Origin: Anaerohalosphaeraceae bacterium
GTDB taxonomy: Bacteria > Planctomycetota > Phycisphaerae > Sedimentisphaerales > Anaerohalosphaeraceae
DNA: 64,000 bases
Reading direction: 5' to 3'
Assembly: GCA_050309605.1 (NCBI GenBank)
Contig: JBNRMN010000034.1
Location: 160,001 to 224,000 of the forward strand
In this document: piece after piece, positions 42,329-51,908 of the stretch
Layout of the letters: each line of letters begins with the position of its first letter
How positions within the stretch are numbered: the first letter of the stretch is position 1
Program-made: the position numbers and the translations under genes
Notes under the pieces: model-generated
The model's database searches: none
What the model was told of the DNA's origin: nothing
The model's input: only the letters and a program-made list of their open reading frames with translations

Positions 42329-44308
42329 TCAACTGCTATTTCGGCTGAAAACGACCTGGTGTTCAACAGTTTCCGGCGGGTTAAATAAAACTTTCATCAA
42401 CCATAACTCCAACAGGATTAGCCCTATCGCCAACGGCATCATTGCCAGCCCGCCGAAATCGTGGAACAGCTCTTCAAGCCGTTCCGAATGCACATACGTA
42501 AACGCAATCGAGGTTAATGTTAAACGAATTGTATTGCATAGCAAGGCAATAGGGATTGTAGAAATCAAGAGAACCGCTTTTTCCCAGAGCTTGCGATTGG
42601 AGATCAGGACAACAAAACCGCTAATGACAAAGAAGGCCGTCAACATCCGTAATCCATTGCACGCCTCAGCCACCGCCACCACCGTTTCGCCAATGCGGAT
42701 CACATTGCCCTCGCGAATGACGTGATAGCCGAGGGTTTCCAGCGAAAACACCGCCGAGACGGTCGCAAATTGCTGCAGCGGGATCGTGATCATTCCCTCC
42801 ACCCGGCGCGGAAACGGAAGCATCAGGAAAAAGAACACAAACACCGGCAAGAAACGCCAAAAAAATGTCCAGCCATATAACAGCAGGATAATCCCTCCTA
42901 TGGAGAACACCAGCGCCAGCCGTTCGGCCGAGGCGAACATAAAATACAGCCCAAACAGCCGGAAGGCCTGGGCCGCCAGCAAGACCGCGATTCCCGCGAC
43001 GGCGGGTTTGACGGGACTGGCCAGAAATGACTGACGGCACGTCCATATCACATAGCCGGCCAGAAACGGCACCAGCAGGCCGCTGGAATATTCATCGCTG
43101 CGGAGCCAGACACTCCACAGATCGACAATCGTCGGCTTCCAATAGGCCGCCAATAACGCCCCGAAAAGCAGTACCGTCATCCCGAACAGCCCCCATTTTA
43201 ATCGAGGTCTGTCCAAACAGTCGGCCAAGGTGCCGGCGGTTTGTGTTACAGTCGGTTGTGGGTGGGTCCATTGTTTTAATCGCATAGAAATCCCCTCGGC
43301 CAATCCGCTCAACAGCCCTTTGGGTTGGGCCGCGGGCGTCTCATTCAAAACGACTCCGCTTGGAATCTTTCGCTGCCGATCAACCAGCGACCGGCGGATT
43401 TGACAGCCGCGGCCTATCGACGCATTGTCCCAGATTATGCTTTGACGGACAATGGTATTTTGCCCGATTTTGACATTTTTACCGATAGCAGCCGGCCCTA
43501 AAATGACCGCCTTGGCTTCGATCCGGCTTGCCGATTCAATCAAAACCGGACCGCAAATCCGCGCTGATTCGGCGATCTGAACATCCTTGCCGACCCACAC
43601 ATCACCGCTTGTCCCAACCGGCTGATAATTGGACCGCCAATCAGACTCCGGATCGGCGGCTTCAAGAAGCCCTGCAACAACGGTCATATACTGACGCCAT
43701 GTGGTAAAATGACCGGACGGGCGGAGTAAGCGGGCGGCATAGGGCGGTTTGTCGGCAGCGACAAGGGCGGGAATCAGCCCTTCTTTGATGTCTTCATAGC
43801 CCTTTTTCGGGATATAGGACAAAACGGATGGCTCACAGACATAAATCCCCGCATCCTTGAGGCCTCGGCCGTTGGCCCCGCAGGCGGGATTGAACAGGAC
43901 GGTCATCTCCGCCTGGCCGCTTCGATGGGCGGCGATTATCTCCTGAACATCCGGCGGCGATGCGGTGCAGGCGGCACATACAATCAACAGCTCGTCGCGC
44001 CCCGGATCGGCGGCGTCCAGAACCGAGCCGGCTGTGCCGCGCGGCATGGTTTGCTCGATATACTGAACTTGCAGTGTATCGGGAAGCGTGATCGCTTCGC
44101 GAATGTCGCCGGCCTGGTTTTCACAGCAAACGACAAACCGCTGCACGCCCTGGGCAGCGAGTTGTTCGATCAGGTGCTGCACAACGGGCTTGCCGGCAAT
44201 CTGCCATAAGGCGCGGTTATGCCGTGTGGCTATGGGACACCGCCCAAAATCCCGCCCGCCGACGAGGATGACCACTTTGATGTTGTTTATGGAAGTTGAG
44301 TCAGTCAT
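42329..44308 (-). CDS. Degenerate sugar-phosphate nucleotidyltransferase plus beta-helix, fused to exosortase (EpsH)
   Basis: N-terminal VVILVGGRDFGR...IAGKP and PRGTAG, then hexapeptide repeats. C-terminal multi-TM domain with VAEACNGLR, CNTIR and FHD (Cys/Arg/His triad). Confidence 0.9.
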   Translation of the reverse strand: MTDSTSINNIKVVILVGGRDFGRCPIATRHNRALWQIAGKPVVQHLIEQLAAQGVQRFVVCCENQAGDIREAITLPDTLQVQYIEQTMPRGTAGSVLDAADPGRDELLIVCAACTASPPDVQEIIAAHRSGQAEMTVLFNPACGANGRGLKDAGIYVCEPSVLSYIPKKGYEDIKEGLIPALVAADKPPYAARLLRPSGHFTTWRQYMTVVAGLLEAADPESDWRSNYQPVGTSGDVWVGKDVQIAESARICGPVLIESASRIEAKAVILGPAAIGKNVKIGQNTIVRQSIIWDNASIGRGCQIRRSLVDRQRKIPSGVVLNETPAAQPKGLLSGLAEGISMRLKQWTHPQPTVTQTAGTLADCLDRPRLKWGLFGMTVLLFGALLAAYWKPTIVDLWSVWLRSDEYSSGLLVPFLAGYVIWTCRQSFLASPVKPAVAGIAVLLAAQAFRLFGLYFMFASAERLALVFSIGGIILLLYGWTFFWRFLPVFVFFFLMLPFPRRVEGMITIPLQQFATVSAVFSLETLGYHVIREGNVIRIGETVVAVAEACNGLRMLTAFFVISGFVVLISNRKLWEKAVLLISTIPIALLCNTIRLTLTSIAFTYVHSERLEELFHDFGGLAMMPLAIGLILLELWLMKVLFNPPETVEHQVVFSRNSS

Positions 44309-44312
44309 AGGG

Positions 44313-45281
44313 TTATTTGACTTTGGATTTTGTGTGGTCGATAATCAATTGGAGCGTTTGGTCAAGCGAGTATTTGGCCTGGTAGCCGATTTGCTCGTGA
44401 ATGCGATTCAGGTTAGGCACACGACGCTGCATATCGTCAAAGGGCCGCCCGTAAGCGGCTTCATAACTGAGGAATACCTTTTCGCTGCGGCTGCCGGTCA
44501 ATTGGATAATTTTGTCGGCCAGGCCGCGGATGGTGATTTCTTCGTCTGAGCCGAGGTTATAGACCCGCCCGGCGGCGTGGGAGCACTCCATTAAAGCGGT
44601 CAGCCCGTCGATGACGTCATAGACACAGCAAAAACAGCGGCTTTGCCGGCCGTCGCCATAGATTTGGATGGGGTCGCTGCGCAGCGCCCGCTCGACAAAA
44701 CGCGGGACGACCATGCCGTATCGACCGGTCTGGCGCGGGCCAACCGTGTTGAACAGCCGCACCACGACCACCGGCAGACCATACTGCTGATGATAGGCCA
44801 GGGCCAGAAATTCGTCGATGGCTTTGCTGCACGCATACGACCAGCGGCTAAATCGGGTGCTGCCCAGGACCGTATCGTCGTCCTCGTGAAAGGGAATCGC
44901 CTCGCTTTTGCCATAGACCTCGCTGGTGGAGGCGATCAGGACTTTTTTGCCGAATTTGTTGGCGATGGACAACACGACTTCGGTGCCGTGGATGTTGGTC
45001 TCGATGGTGTGGACGGGGCGATCGACGATGAGCTGCACCCCCACCGCCGCGGCCAGATGATAGACCACATCGCAGCGTTCGATGAGCAGATACATCGTGT
45101 TGGCGTTGCGGACCGAATCCAGCACGAACGAAAAGTTCGGATGGCCCCGCACCGCCGTCAGATTGTCCAGAGAGCCGGTGCTGAGATCATCAACGGCCAC
45201 GACCCGATGTCCGTCTGCCAGCAGCCGCTCGGCCAGATGAGACCCGACAAACCCCGCCCCGCCGGTAATTAAGATGTTCAT
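44313..45281 (-). CDS. NAD-dependent nucleotide-sugar epimerase/dehydratase/decarboxylase
   Basis: TGGAGFVG, STSEVYG, YACSK and NTVGPRQ motifs. Confidence 0.92.
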   Translation of the reverse strand: MNILITGGAGFVGSHLAERLLADGHRVVAVDDLSTGSLDNLTAVRGHPNFSFVLDSVRNANTMYLLIERCDVVYHLAAAVGVQLIVDRPVHTIETNIHGTEVVLSIANKFGKKVLIASTSEVYGKSEAIPFHEDDDTVLGSTRFSRWSYACSKAIDEFLALAYHQQYGLPVVVVRLFNTVGPRQTGRYGMVVPRFVERALRSDPIQIYGDGRQSRCFCCVYDVIDGLTALMECSHAAGRVYNLGSDEEITIRGLADKIIQLTGSRSEKVFLSYEAAYGRPFDDMQRRVPNLNRIHEQIGYQAKYSLDQTLQLIIDHTKSKVK

Positions 45282-45560
45282 AGTTTTTGGTTCTTCGTTT
45301 TGAGTGGGTTATCTGCTTTTCCGCTATCAGCAGCCGGAGTACAGCAACTGATGCGAAACAGGTTTTAAGACGCGACATAGCCGCAACCCAATTCGAAATA
45401 TACCCTTCAGGGTAGAAAATATGATTAATCTACATATGCCCCTTGGAGGTGGTCAAAATCAAAGAATGAAATCGATGTATCGCCAAGCCATTCCGCATAA
45501 CCCATACAGACCATCTATTTTACCTAAATTTCCAAATGGGTTCGTTTTGGAAAAACTTAA

Positions 45561-45728
45561 TAACTCAAACTGACCGATGGCCAGTTTGAGAGATCAAAAA
45601 TCAAAGATTAAAGAGCAAAATTGAGGATTCGCCCTTTCGGGCGAGCTTTTTTACGGCCTTTTTGTGGACACTGTAACATCTTTTATAGACTATATTTATG
45701 TCAAAACAGATCCGCTTTTGGGTCAGTT
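45561..45728. repeat. Dispersed non-coding repeat B, copy 1
   Basis: 45609-45709 is identical to 51052-51152; the left part also matches about 63566-63626. Confidence 0.9.
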
Positions 45729-45867
45729 GCGGTTCAATTATTATTTTTCGTTGCGACCGATTATCAGACATTTTCCACCAAAAACTGACAAACTCGATCA
45801 ATCACCCCCTGCCGGTTCGGGATACGGGGTTTGTCGCCATGATCCTTTGCTACTGTTTTTTTACCCA

Positions 45868-46977
45868 TCAAGATAATTTGTCTATCATAATATTGACTAT
45901 TCGCTGAGAGGCTTTTCCATCCCAAAGGGGAGGAATTTGGAAAGTTTTCAGTTTTCCGCTTGTGATATGTCTGTAGCCGTCAATCATTTTCTGCGGATCA
46001 TTTCCAACCAGTTGATTGGAGCCTATTTGGACTGTCACTGGCCGTTCTGTATTATCACGAAGTGTCAGACAGGGAATCTTAAGTACCGTTGTCTCTTCCT
46101 GTATCCCGCCGGAGTCTGTCAAAACAAGTTTTGCATTTGAAAGCAATTGTAAGAAATCCAAGTAACCCACAGGATCCATTAATCGTAATCCCTGCATAGA
46201 ACTAATGCGAGAAGACAGTCCGGATTGCGTAAGATTTTTTCTTGTCCGCGGATGGATTGGAAAGAGAATGGGCATATCCCGTTGAATAACTTCAAGCCCA
46301 TCAAGAATTCTCGAAAAATTAACAGAGTCATCCACATTTGAGGGACGATGCAATGTCAATACGGCAAACCGTTCGCCATTTAACACATGTTGTTTTTTCA
46401 GATGTTCAAGAATGAGCGAGTGCCGGGCTTTTTTGAGATTATTATAAAGTGTGTCAATCATCACGTGTCCGACCATATGAATCTTGTCTTCGCAGACACC
46501 TTCATTGATCAGATTGTCCACACCGCTTTGTTCGGTGCAAAACAGCAAGTCGCTGATTGAATCAGTCAATATCCGATTGATTTCTTCAGGCATCGTACGG
46601 TCGAAACTGCGCAGCCCTGCTTCAACATGAATCAATTTTATGCCCAGCTTGACAGCAACCAGACCGCAGGCAATCGTGCTGTTGACATCGCCAACGACCA
46701 GCATTGCATCGGGTTTATATTGCAGAAGAACCGGTTCAATGGATTTCATTATTTCAGCAGTTTGAACGGCATGACTGGCAGAACCTACACCCAAATTGAT
46801 ATCCGGTTGAGGGATACCGAGCTGGTCAAAAAACAGATCAGACATGGCTTTGTCATAATGCTGGCCGGTGTGGACAAGCAGCGGTTTTATGGCGTTGTGT
46901 TTGCAGTACTCAGCCATGAGCGGCGCAATTTTCATAAAGTTTGGCCGCGCGCCGACAATATTGATTATTTTCAACAT
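45868..46977 (-). CDS. wecB: UDP-N-acetylglucosamine 2-epimerase (non-hydrolysing)
   Basis: GARPNFMK, HTGQHYD, HVEAGLRS and TDSGGIQEE motifs. Confidence 0.95.
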   Translation of the reverse strand: MLKIINIVGARPNFMKIAPLMAEYCKHNAIKPLLVHTGQHYDKAMSDLFFDQLGIPQPDINLGVGSASHAVQTAEIMKSIEPVLLQYKPDAMLVVGDVNSTIACGLVAVKLGIKLIHVEAGLRSFDRTMPEEINRILTDSISDLLFCTEQSGVDNLINEGVCEDKIHMVGHVMIDTLYNNLKKARHSLILEHLKKQHVLNGERFAVLTLHRPSNVDDSVNFSRILDGLEVIQRDMPILFPIHPRTRKNLTQSGLSSRISSMQGLRLMDPVGYLDFLQLLSNAKLVLTDSGGIQEETTVLKIPCLTLRDNTERPVTVQIGSNQLVGNDPQKMIDGYRHITSGKLKTFQIPPLWDGKASQRIVNIMIDKLS

Positions 46978-46999
46978 TGGGCAAACTCCTCAAAGAAAA

Positions 47000-47785
47000 T
47001 CACTTCTGTTTGACACGTCCCAGTCGATGCCGCAGAATTTCCGGGACACTTAAGGCCAGAAAGATAGAATTGGTGACAAAGTAACGCTTCCACATCCGGC
47101 TAGGTTCCTGTATCACGCGATACAGCCATTCCAGTCCGGCTTTCTGCATCCAAAGAGGCGCTCGCTTTGTAACACCGGCAAAAACGTCAAAGCTGCCGCC
47201 GACGCCATGACATACGGGGACATTGAAGACGTTCTTGAACCGATCCATAAACATTTCTTTTTTGGGTGGAGTGATGGCCACAAATAAGATGTCCGCATTG
47301 CTGTCGCGAATTTGATCGGCCACCCACTGCCCGTCTGTTTCCAGATCAAAGTAACCGTCGTGACAACCAGCTATTTGAAGACCGGGATAATCCTGTTGTG
47401 CTTTTTGAACTACTGTATCAAGAACGGCCGGTTTAGCCCCGAGAAAAAAAATGCGATAGCGTTTTTTTGCTGCGCGCTGCATCAAGCCGTACATTACATC
47501 AATGCCGGCTACACGTTCAGGCAATGGACATCCGGCAAGACGGCTGAGCCACACCACACCCTGTCCATCGGCGGCGGTCATGTCCGATTCCATAAGACTC
47601 TTGCGCAGTTCTGAATTTTTCCGGCAATTGACGAGCTTGGCCACATTAACCATGCCGAGTACCAAAGTTGTTCGCTTTAGAATTGCCTCTTCACAGCAAT
47701 CCAAAAGCTCATTCATTCTGATTTTGTTTATACCTATTCCGATCAGATGAATCGTTGGATACTTTCGAAGAAGAGACGACATCAT
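47000..47785 (-). CDS. WecG/TagA/CpsF (GT26) glycosyltransferase
   Basis: ERVAGID, GVGGSFD and RAPLWMQKAGLEWLYR motifs. Confidence 0.93.
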   Translation of the reverse strand: MMSSLLRKYPTIHLIGIGINKIRMNELLDCCEEAILKRTTLVLGMVNVAKLVNCRKNSELRKSLMESDMTAADGQGVVWLSRLAGCPLPERVAGIDVMYGLMQRAAKKRYRIFFLGAKPAVLDTVVQKAQQDYPGLQIAGCHDGYFDLETDGQWVADQIRDSNADILFVAITPPKKEMFMDRFKNVFNVPVCHGVGGSFDVFAGVTKRAPLWMQKAGLEWLYRVIQEPSRMWKRYFVTNSIFLALSVPEILRHRLGRVKQK

Positions 47786-47793
47786 TAACCTTT

Positions 47794-48954
47794 CTATTGC
47801 GATTTATTTGTGTGATCCGCCCATGCGTAAAGTATCCAACCCAAGTGATAGGGTCGGCATTCCCGGTTCACTTGAAAACCCCAAATCGGTTTACCTAACA
47901 AGCGATGACATTGATCGGCCTGCAAAACACAACAGACGCTTCGAGCAAAACGACTGAATTTCGGCAGTTCCCGGCGTTCGATATCGCGCCAGATAATGCC
48001 TTTTTCGGGAACTATAAGATTTTCTTTTAGCTCATTATTTCCAAGCAACCAACGCAGTCCTAACTCAATATTCTTGGTATGATCGGCACCGGAAACCTTA
48101 TCCGCTGCTAATATTGCCATCGGCGCCATTGCGTCTTGGTGTACCGAAAAGATGGGATACTCTTCACAGACTTTTCCGGAGTTCACATCATAGTGCCACA
48201 TCCATTGGCCTAAGGGCCCCTGAAATTTGCATATCGATTCTACGACGGAAGCGGCGCAGCGTATGCTCCAATCATCATTAAACGCAGCTCCATAAGAGGC
48301 CATGGCGAGAATCGGGTAGATCTGATCTGCAAAACAGGAGATGGTTCGTCCGACTTTAAGTCGTCCTTTTCGATTATGGCGTCGAAACAGTCTCTGTTGG
48401 GGACAATATAACGATTTTAGACGAGAATACGCGTCGTCAAGAAGCGGACGAATCCTTTCGGCCCATTGACGGTTTTCGGATTTTGTACACAGTACAGCAG
48501 CCTGAACAACCCACCCCAGTTCTACGGCGTTGCACAAATCGCGCTGATGAGACCATAAAGAAAGGACAACATCAACAAACCGATCTGGTTTTGACTCTTT
48601 GCTTTCGATTGCTGCCCACAGAGTCAGGGCAGCGTCACCCATATGCTGAATTTCAGAAATCCGGCTTAAAATCGCAGGGAAAAGATTAGGCAAAAGCGTC
48701 TTGTCTTCAGCATAATAGTCGAGCCATCTGGCAATGCCTATTTGACTTATTGCAGCATACCTTAGACTCTTACCGATTATTTTGACTTGCTTGCAGTCTT
48801 TCAGCCGAGTTGTGTAAGGTAATTGTACGGAAGAGTTGATGTAACCATTAGTCAATCCCTGTTTTGCAGTATTGCATAATAATGCCACAATCTGTGTGTA
48901 ATTAGTTACAGTTTGCGGATTTTCTTCAATCAACATGAGCAAGCTCCGGAGCAA
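47794..48954 (-). CDS. Hypothetical EPS-cluster protein (start uncertain)
   Basis: Long co-directional ORF within the operon; no family recognised with confidence. Confidence 0.7.
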   Translation of the reverse strand: MLRSLLMLIEENPQTVTNYTQIVALLCNTAKQGLTNGYINSSVQLPYTTRLKDCKQVKIIGKSLRYAAISQIGIARWLDYYAEDKTLLPNLFPAILSRISEIQHMGDAALTLWAAIESKESKPDRFVDVVLSLWSHQRDLCNAVELGWVVQAAVLCTKSENRQWAERIRPLLDDAYSRLKSLYCPQQRLFRRHNRKGRLKVGRTISCFADQIYPILAMASYGAAFNDDWSIRCAASVVESICKFQGPLGQWMWHYDVNSGKVCEEYPIFSVHQDAMAPMAILAADKVSGADHTKNIELGLRWLLGNNELKENLIVPEKGIIWRDIERRELPKFSRFARSVCCVLQADQCHRLLGKPIWGFQVNRECRPYHLGWILYAWADHTNKSQ

Positions 48955-48980
48955 ATTTCGATAGGTTTATTTTGTTTCTA

Positions 48981-49880
48981 TTACAAAACAGATACCTTGT
49001 TGAAGGTGAGAATTCTCTTGATTTGTTCTTTGCGAATATATTCGACAAGTTCTGTTGGGACCTGTCGGTTATCATGGTGAAAAAAACCATAGCAATAACC
49101 TAAAAAGCGTGCACAACCACCGATTAAAAAAGGCGATTCTTTGAAACATCGCTTAAACGATTTTAATAATACAAACAAGACATGACTTCCTAAAAAATAG
49201 TCCCCCATCCCCAAGCGAAATCGAATTTTCAACAATCCCTTTGTATGACCGGTTCCGACGGGCTTGTTGTGAACGGCCACGACATCGGGAAACGACCAGG
49301 TCTTCCAGCCGTTCATTCGGGCGGCAAAGCAGGCAACGGTATCTTCATAGCCATACTTCATCGGGACAAAGCCGCCGACCTGGTCAAAACATTTCTTGTT
49401 GAATACCATCAGGGCCTTGGGTGTTGAGCGGCGGTCGTTGAGCACCTTGCGGATGCGGCCGTTGCCGAGATTATCCACATAGACGCCCGAGGCGATGCCC
49501 AATTTGGAATCGCTGTGCATCCGCGTCAGAATCTTTTCGTAATAATCAGAAGGCAATTTGATGTCGGCATCCAATATCGCCAGGAAGTCGTAATTTTGAA
49601 TTTTGAATTTTGAATTTTGAATGTGATTGATGCCGTGTCTTATGGCATAGACGTTGCTGGCGTAATAGGTTTGTGCGGGGTCTTTTTCTCGATAGACATA
49701 ATGAATCCACGGATGCTGTTGGGCATAGCGATTAATTATGTCCGCCGTCGGATCGGTTGAACCGTCGTCCACGATCACCCAAACGAGAGGTTTGATTGTT
49801 TGCGCCAGAACGCTTTGAATCGTTTGCTCAATGTACGCCGCCTCATTAAAGGCTGGTGTGATGATAAAAAATCGAAACAT
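48981..49880 (-). CDS. GT2 glycosyltransferase
   Basis: IITPAFNEA, VDDGSTD and LDAD motifs; start reassigned to ATG 49880. Confidence 0.9.
   Translation of the reverse strand: MFRFFIITPAFNEAAYIEQTIQSVLAQTIKPLVWVIVDDGSTDPTADIINRYAQQHPWIHYVYREKDPAQTYYASNVYAIRHGINHIQNSKFKIQNYDFLAILDADIKLPSDYYEKILTRMHSDSKLGIASGVYVDNLGNGRIRKVLNDRRSTPKALMVFNKKCFDQVGGFVPMKYGYEDTVACFAARMNGWKTWSFPDVVAVHNKPVGTGHTKGLLKIRFRLGMGDYFLGSHVLFVLLKSFKRCFKESPFLIGGCARFLGYCYGFFHHDNRQVPTELVEYIRKEQIKRILTFNKVSVL
49592..49622. repeat. (AATTTTG)x4 tandem heptamer inside the GT2 gene
   Basis: Four perfect units plus AAT; read as IQNSKFKIQN in the protein. Confidence 0.9.
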
Positions 49881-50018
49881 TTTTTTGAAGACTATGATAT
49901 TGGTTTTCAGGCACAAACGAGCTATCCGGCACAACGCCCCGTGCCTCATGGAGCAGCGTTCCAACCCTGGCGTTGCAGGGGCGTAGCCAACGTTTTTGCG
50001 AAACCTCAAAATGCAAAA

Positions 50019-50076
50019 TTTGCTGGTCTGGCTTGTTTTTTTGCGCTGTTTTAACCATTTTTGCAAAAGTCCAGTT
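50019..50076. repeat. Direct repeat A, copy 1
   Basis: TTTGCTGGTCTGGCTTG...TTAACCATTTTTGCAAAAGTCCAGTT; nearly identical to 51189-51244. Confidence 0.9.
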
Positions 50077-50094
50077 CGTAGTTCTTAGCGGTTG

Positions 50095-51018
50095 TTATTC
50101 TGTATTGTCTGTGTTATTGACGTCCAGATCGATTTTGAACGGGGCGGGGAGGGCTTCGCCGCGTCGCATTCGCTGGAGGCGCTCCAGTTCGCTGATGGCT
50201 TTGTAGAACTGTTTTTCGATGGAGCCTTCGTACTTGAGCAGACGGGCCAGGTTGCGGGCGTCGGGTATGCTGTGGAGTTTTTTCTGGACTTGAAGGGCCA
50301 GCTTGTTGTCTTCTTTTTCCTTCTGTAATTCTTCTATATTCTGTGTGTAAAATCGGACCATCTCATCGCAATTTTCGATGTGAAACTTCCAGATGTCGTC
50401 ATCCGACCAGCCGGCTTGATTCAATGCTTCTCGAATGGACTCCGGCGAATTGTCCGCCGTGCTCATCAGGGAAACTTTAAATTGCTTTGCCAAATACTTC
50501 CAGTTGAGGGAGTAGAGCTCACAATTAATATCAGAAAGGTCCGCCTTGCCTTCATACAGTTCGGTGAACACTTCTTTGTCATTGCGCCACTTGGTGATTT
50601 CCTGCTTAATTTGACGAATGTCCTCATCGATCTGATCGTCGGTGCGTTTGGGGTCGAGGGCATTATAGCTGTCCCATTTATAATAATTTTTGACTGCATT
50701 GTCCATATTTCGGCGGAGCAGGCCGACTTCGTATCGGTGGGCGCGACGCAGCCGCCAGTAGGCGACGGCGATCTTCTCGACGAGTATCTCTTCGAGCGCA
50801 CCCTGCGGGCTGAACTGCTCGGTCAGGTCGGACAGGACGTCGTCAAACTCCTCGCGGCTTTCGGGGTTTTCGCCCTCGGTAATGACGACTTCTTTGGCCA
50901 GCAGGCCGTGCTTGAGTGAGTTTCTCGAGGCGATGGCCTTGCCCTGGATTGTTTTCGGGCCGGTGGACCGTTGGGCGTTGCGGCGGTTGGCAGCGATTTG
51001 TTTTTCAGAGGGGTTCAT
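50095..51018 (-). CDS. Uncharacterised protein of the 'AANRRNAQxSTGP...NxxKHGL' type
   Basis: QIAANRRNAQRSTGPKTIQGKAIASRNSLKHGL, WRLRRA and LLKYE...FYKAISELERLQ. Confidence 0.8.
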   Translation of the reverse strand: MNPSEKQIAANRRNAQRSTGPKTIQGKAIASRNSLKHGLLAKEVVITEGENPESREEFDDVLSDLTEQFSPQGALEEILVEKIAVAYWRLRRAHRYEVGLLRRNMDNAVKNYYKWDSYNALDPKRTDDQIDEDIRQIKQEITKWRNDKEVFTELYEGKADLSDINCELYSLNWKYLAKQFKVSLMSTADNSPESIREALNQAGWSDDDIWKFHIENCDEMVRFYTQNIEELQKEKEDNKLALQVQKKLHSIPDARNLARLLKYEGSIEKQFYKAISELERLQRMRRGEALPAPFKIDLDVNNTDNTE

Positions 51019-51037
51019 TGTTTACCCTAATTGATCT

Positions 51038-51171
51038 ATGGCCAGTTTGAGTAAAGAGCAAAATTGAGGATTCGCCCTTTCGGGCGAGCTTTTTTACGGC
51101 CTTTTTGTGGACACTGTAACATCTTTTATAGACTATATTTATGTCAAAACAGCTCCGATTTTCGGTCAGTT
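51038..51171. repeat. Dispersed non-coding repeat B, copy 2
   Basis: Shares 101 identical nt with copy 1; contains the hairpin TCGCCC-TTTC-GGGCGA followed by a T run. Confidence 0.9.
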
Positions 51172-51188
51172 TGATTTAAAAATTATGT

Positions 51189-51244
51189 TTTGCTGGTCTC
51201 GCTTGTTTTTTCGCTATTTTAACCATTTTTGCAAAAGTCCAGTT
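51189..51244. repeat. Direct repeat A, copy 2
   Basis: Nearly identical to 50019-50076. Confidence 0.9.
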
Positions 51245-51251
51245 ATTAAGA

Positions 51252-51908
51252 TTAAATAATCAAATGCTCCTCGACAACAATCAAAGTCTCAGCCATAAAA
51301 GTGATTCTAGATTTTATGATTCGACTCCCAGGAAAAAGATATTCCAACTCACGCTGAGTGACCAAACATAACTCATTTCTGTCCAATCCAAACTGATATT
51401 TCTTGGCGACATGATTATAACTTATTAGTTTTCCGATTACTCGGTAACCATGCAACGGCAGCCATGTCACAAAGGGAAGGCGCATATGAAACTCAAATGG
51501 ATACCAGCGATTGGGAGTCGTTACAAACCACGATTTGCCCACTCGCATTATCTCAGATGCCATCTGTTTTTGATGTTCAAAACTACCAACATGTTCAATG
51601 ACCGCATTGCTATAGACCACATCAAACGATTTATCGGGATAGGGCAAATTGCACGCATTTCCGATGCGGGCGTCAATCTCCGGATAAACTTCCTTGATCT
51701 TATTGATATGGGCTTCAGAAAGATTGATCGCTGAAAGATTTGATTTCCATGGATAGCTATCAATAAGTTGTAAACTACCATCGCCGGCAGGATTAATTTC
51801 AGCCCCAACATCTAAAATACGCATATCTTCATTCGGTTTGATAATATCATAAAATAGCTTTAGCTTTTGTTGTCTGCTTTTGCATGATAATCTCGAAAAA
51901 AGGCTCAT
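51252..51908 (-). CDS. Class I SAM-dependent methyltransferase
   Basis: ILDVGA, LPYPDKSFDVVYSNAVIEHV and TTPN motifs. Confidence 0.88.
   Translation of the reverse strand: MSLFSRLSCKSRQQKLKLFYDIIKPNEDMRILDVGAEINPAGDGSLQLIDSYPWKSNLSAINLSEAHINKIKEVYPEIDARIGNACNLPYPDKSFDVVYSNAVIEHVGSFEHQKQMASEIMRVGKSWFVTTPNRWYPFEFHMRLPFVTWLPLHGYRVIGKLISYNHVAKKYQFGLDRNELCLVTQRELEYLFPGSRIIKSRITFMAETLIVVEEHLII

Noticed and set aside
49881..50066. Upstream extension of the GT2 ORF
   Set aside because: It covers repeat A and non-coding-looking sequence; the GT2 motif starts right after ATG 49880.
45561..51244. CRISPR array or classical IS as the explanation for the repeats
   Set aside because: There is no regular repeat-spacer periodicity, no cas gene or transposase, and no clear terminal inverted repeats.
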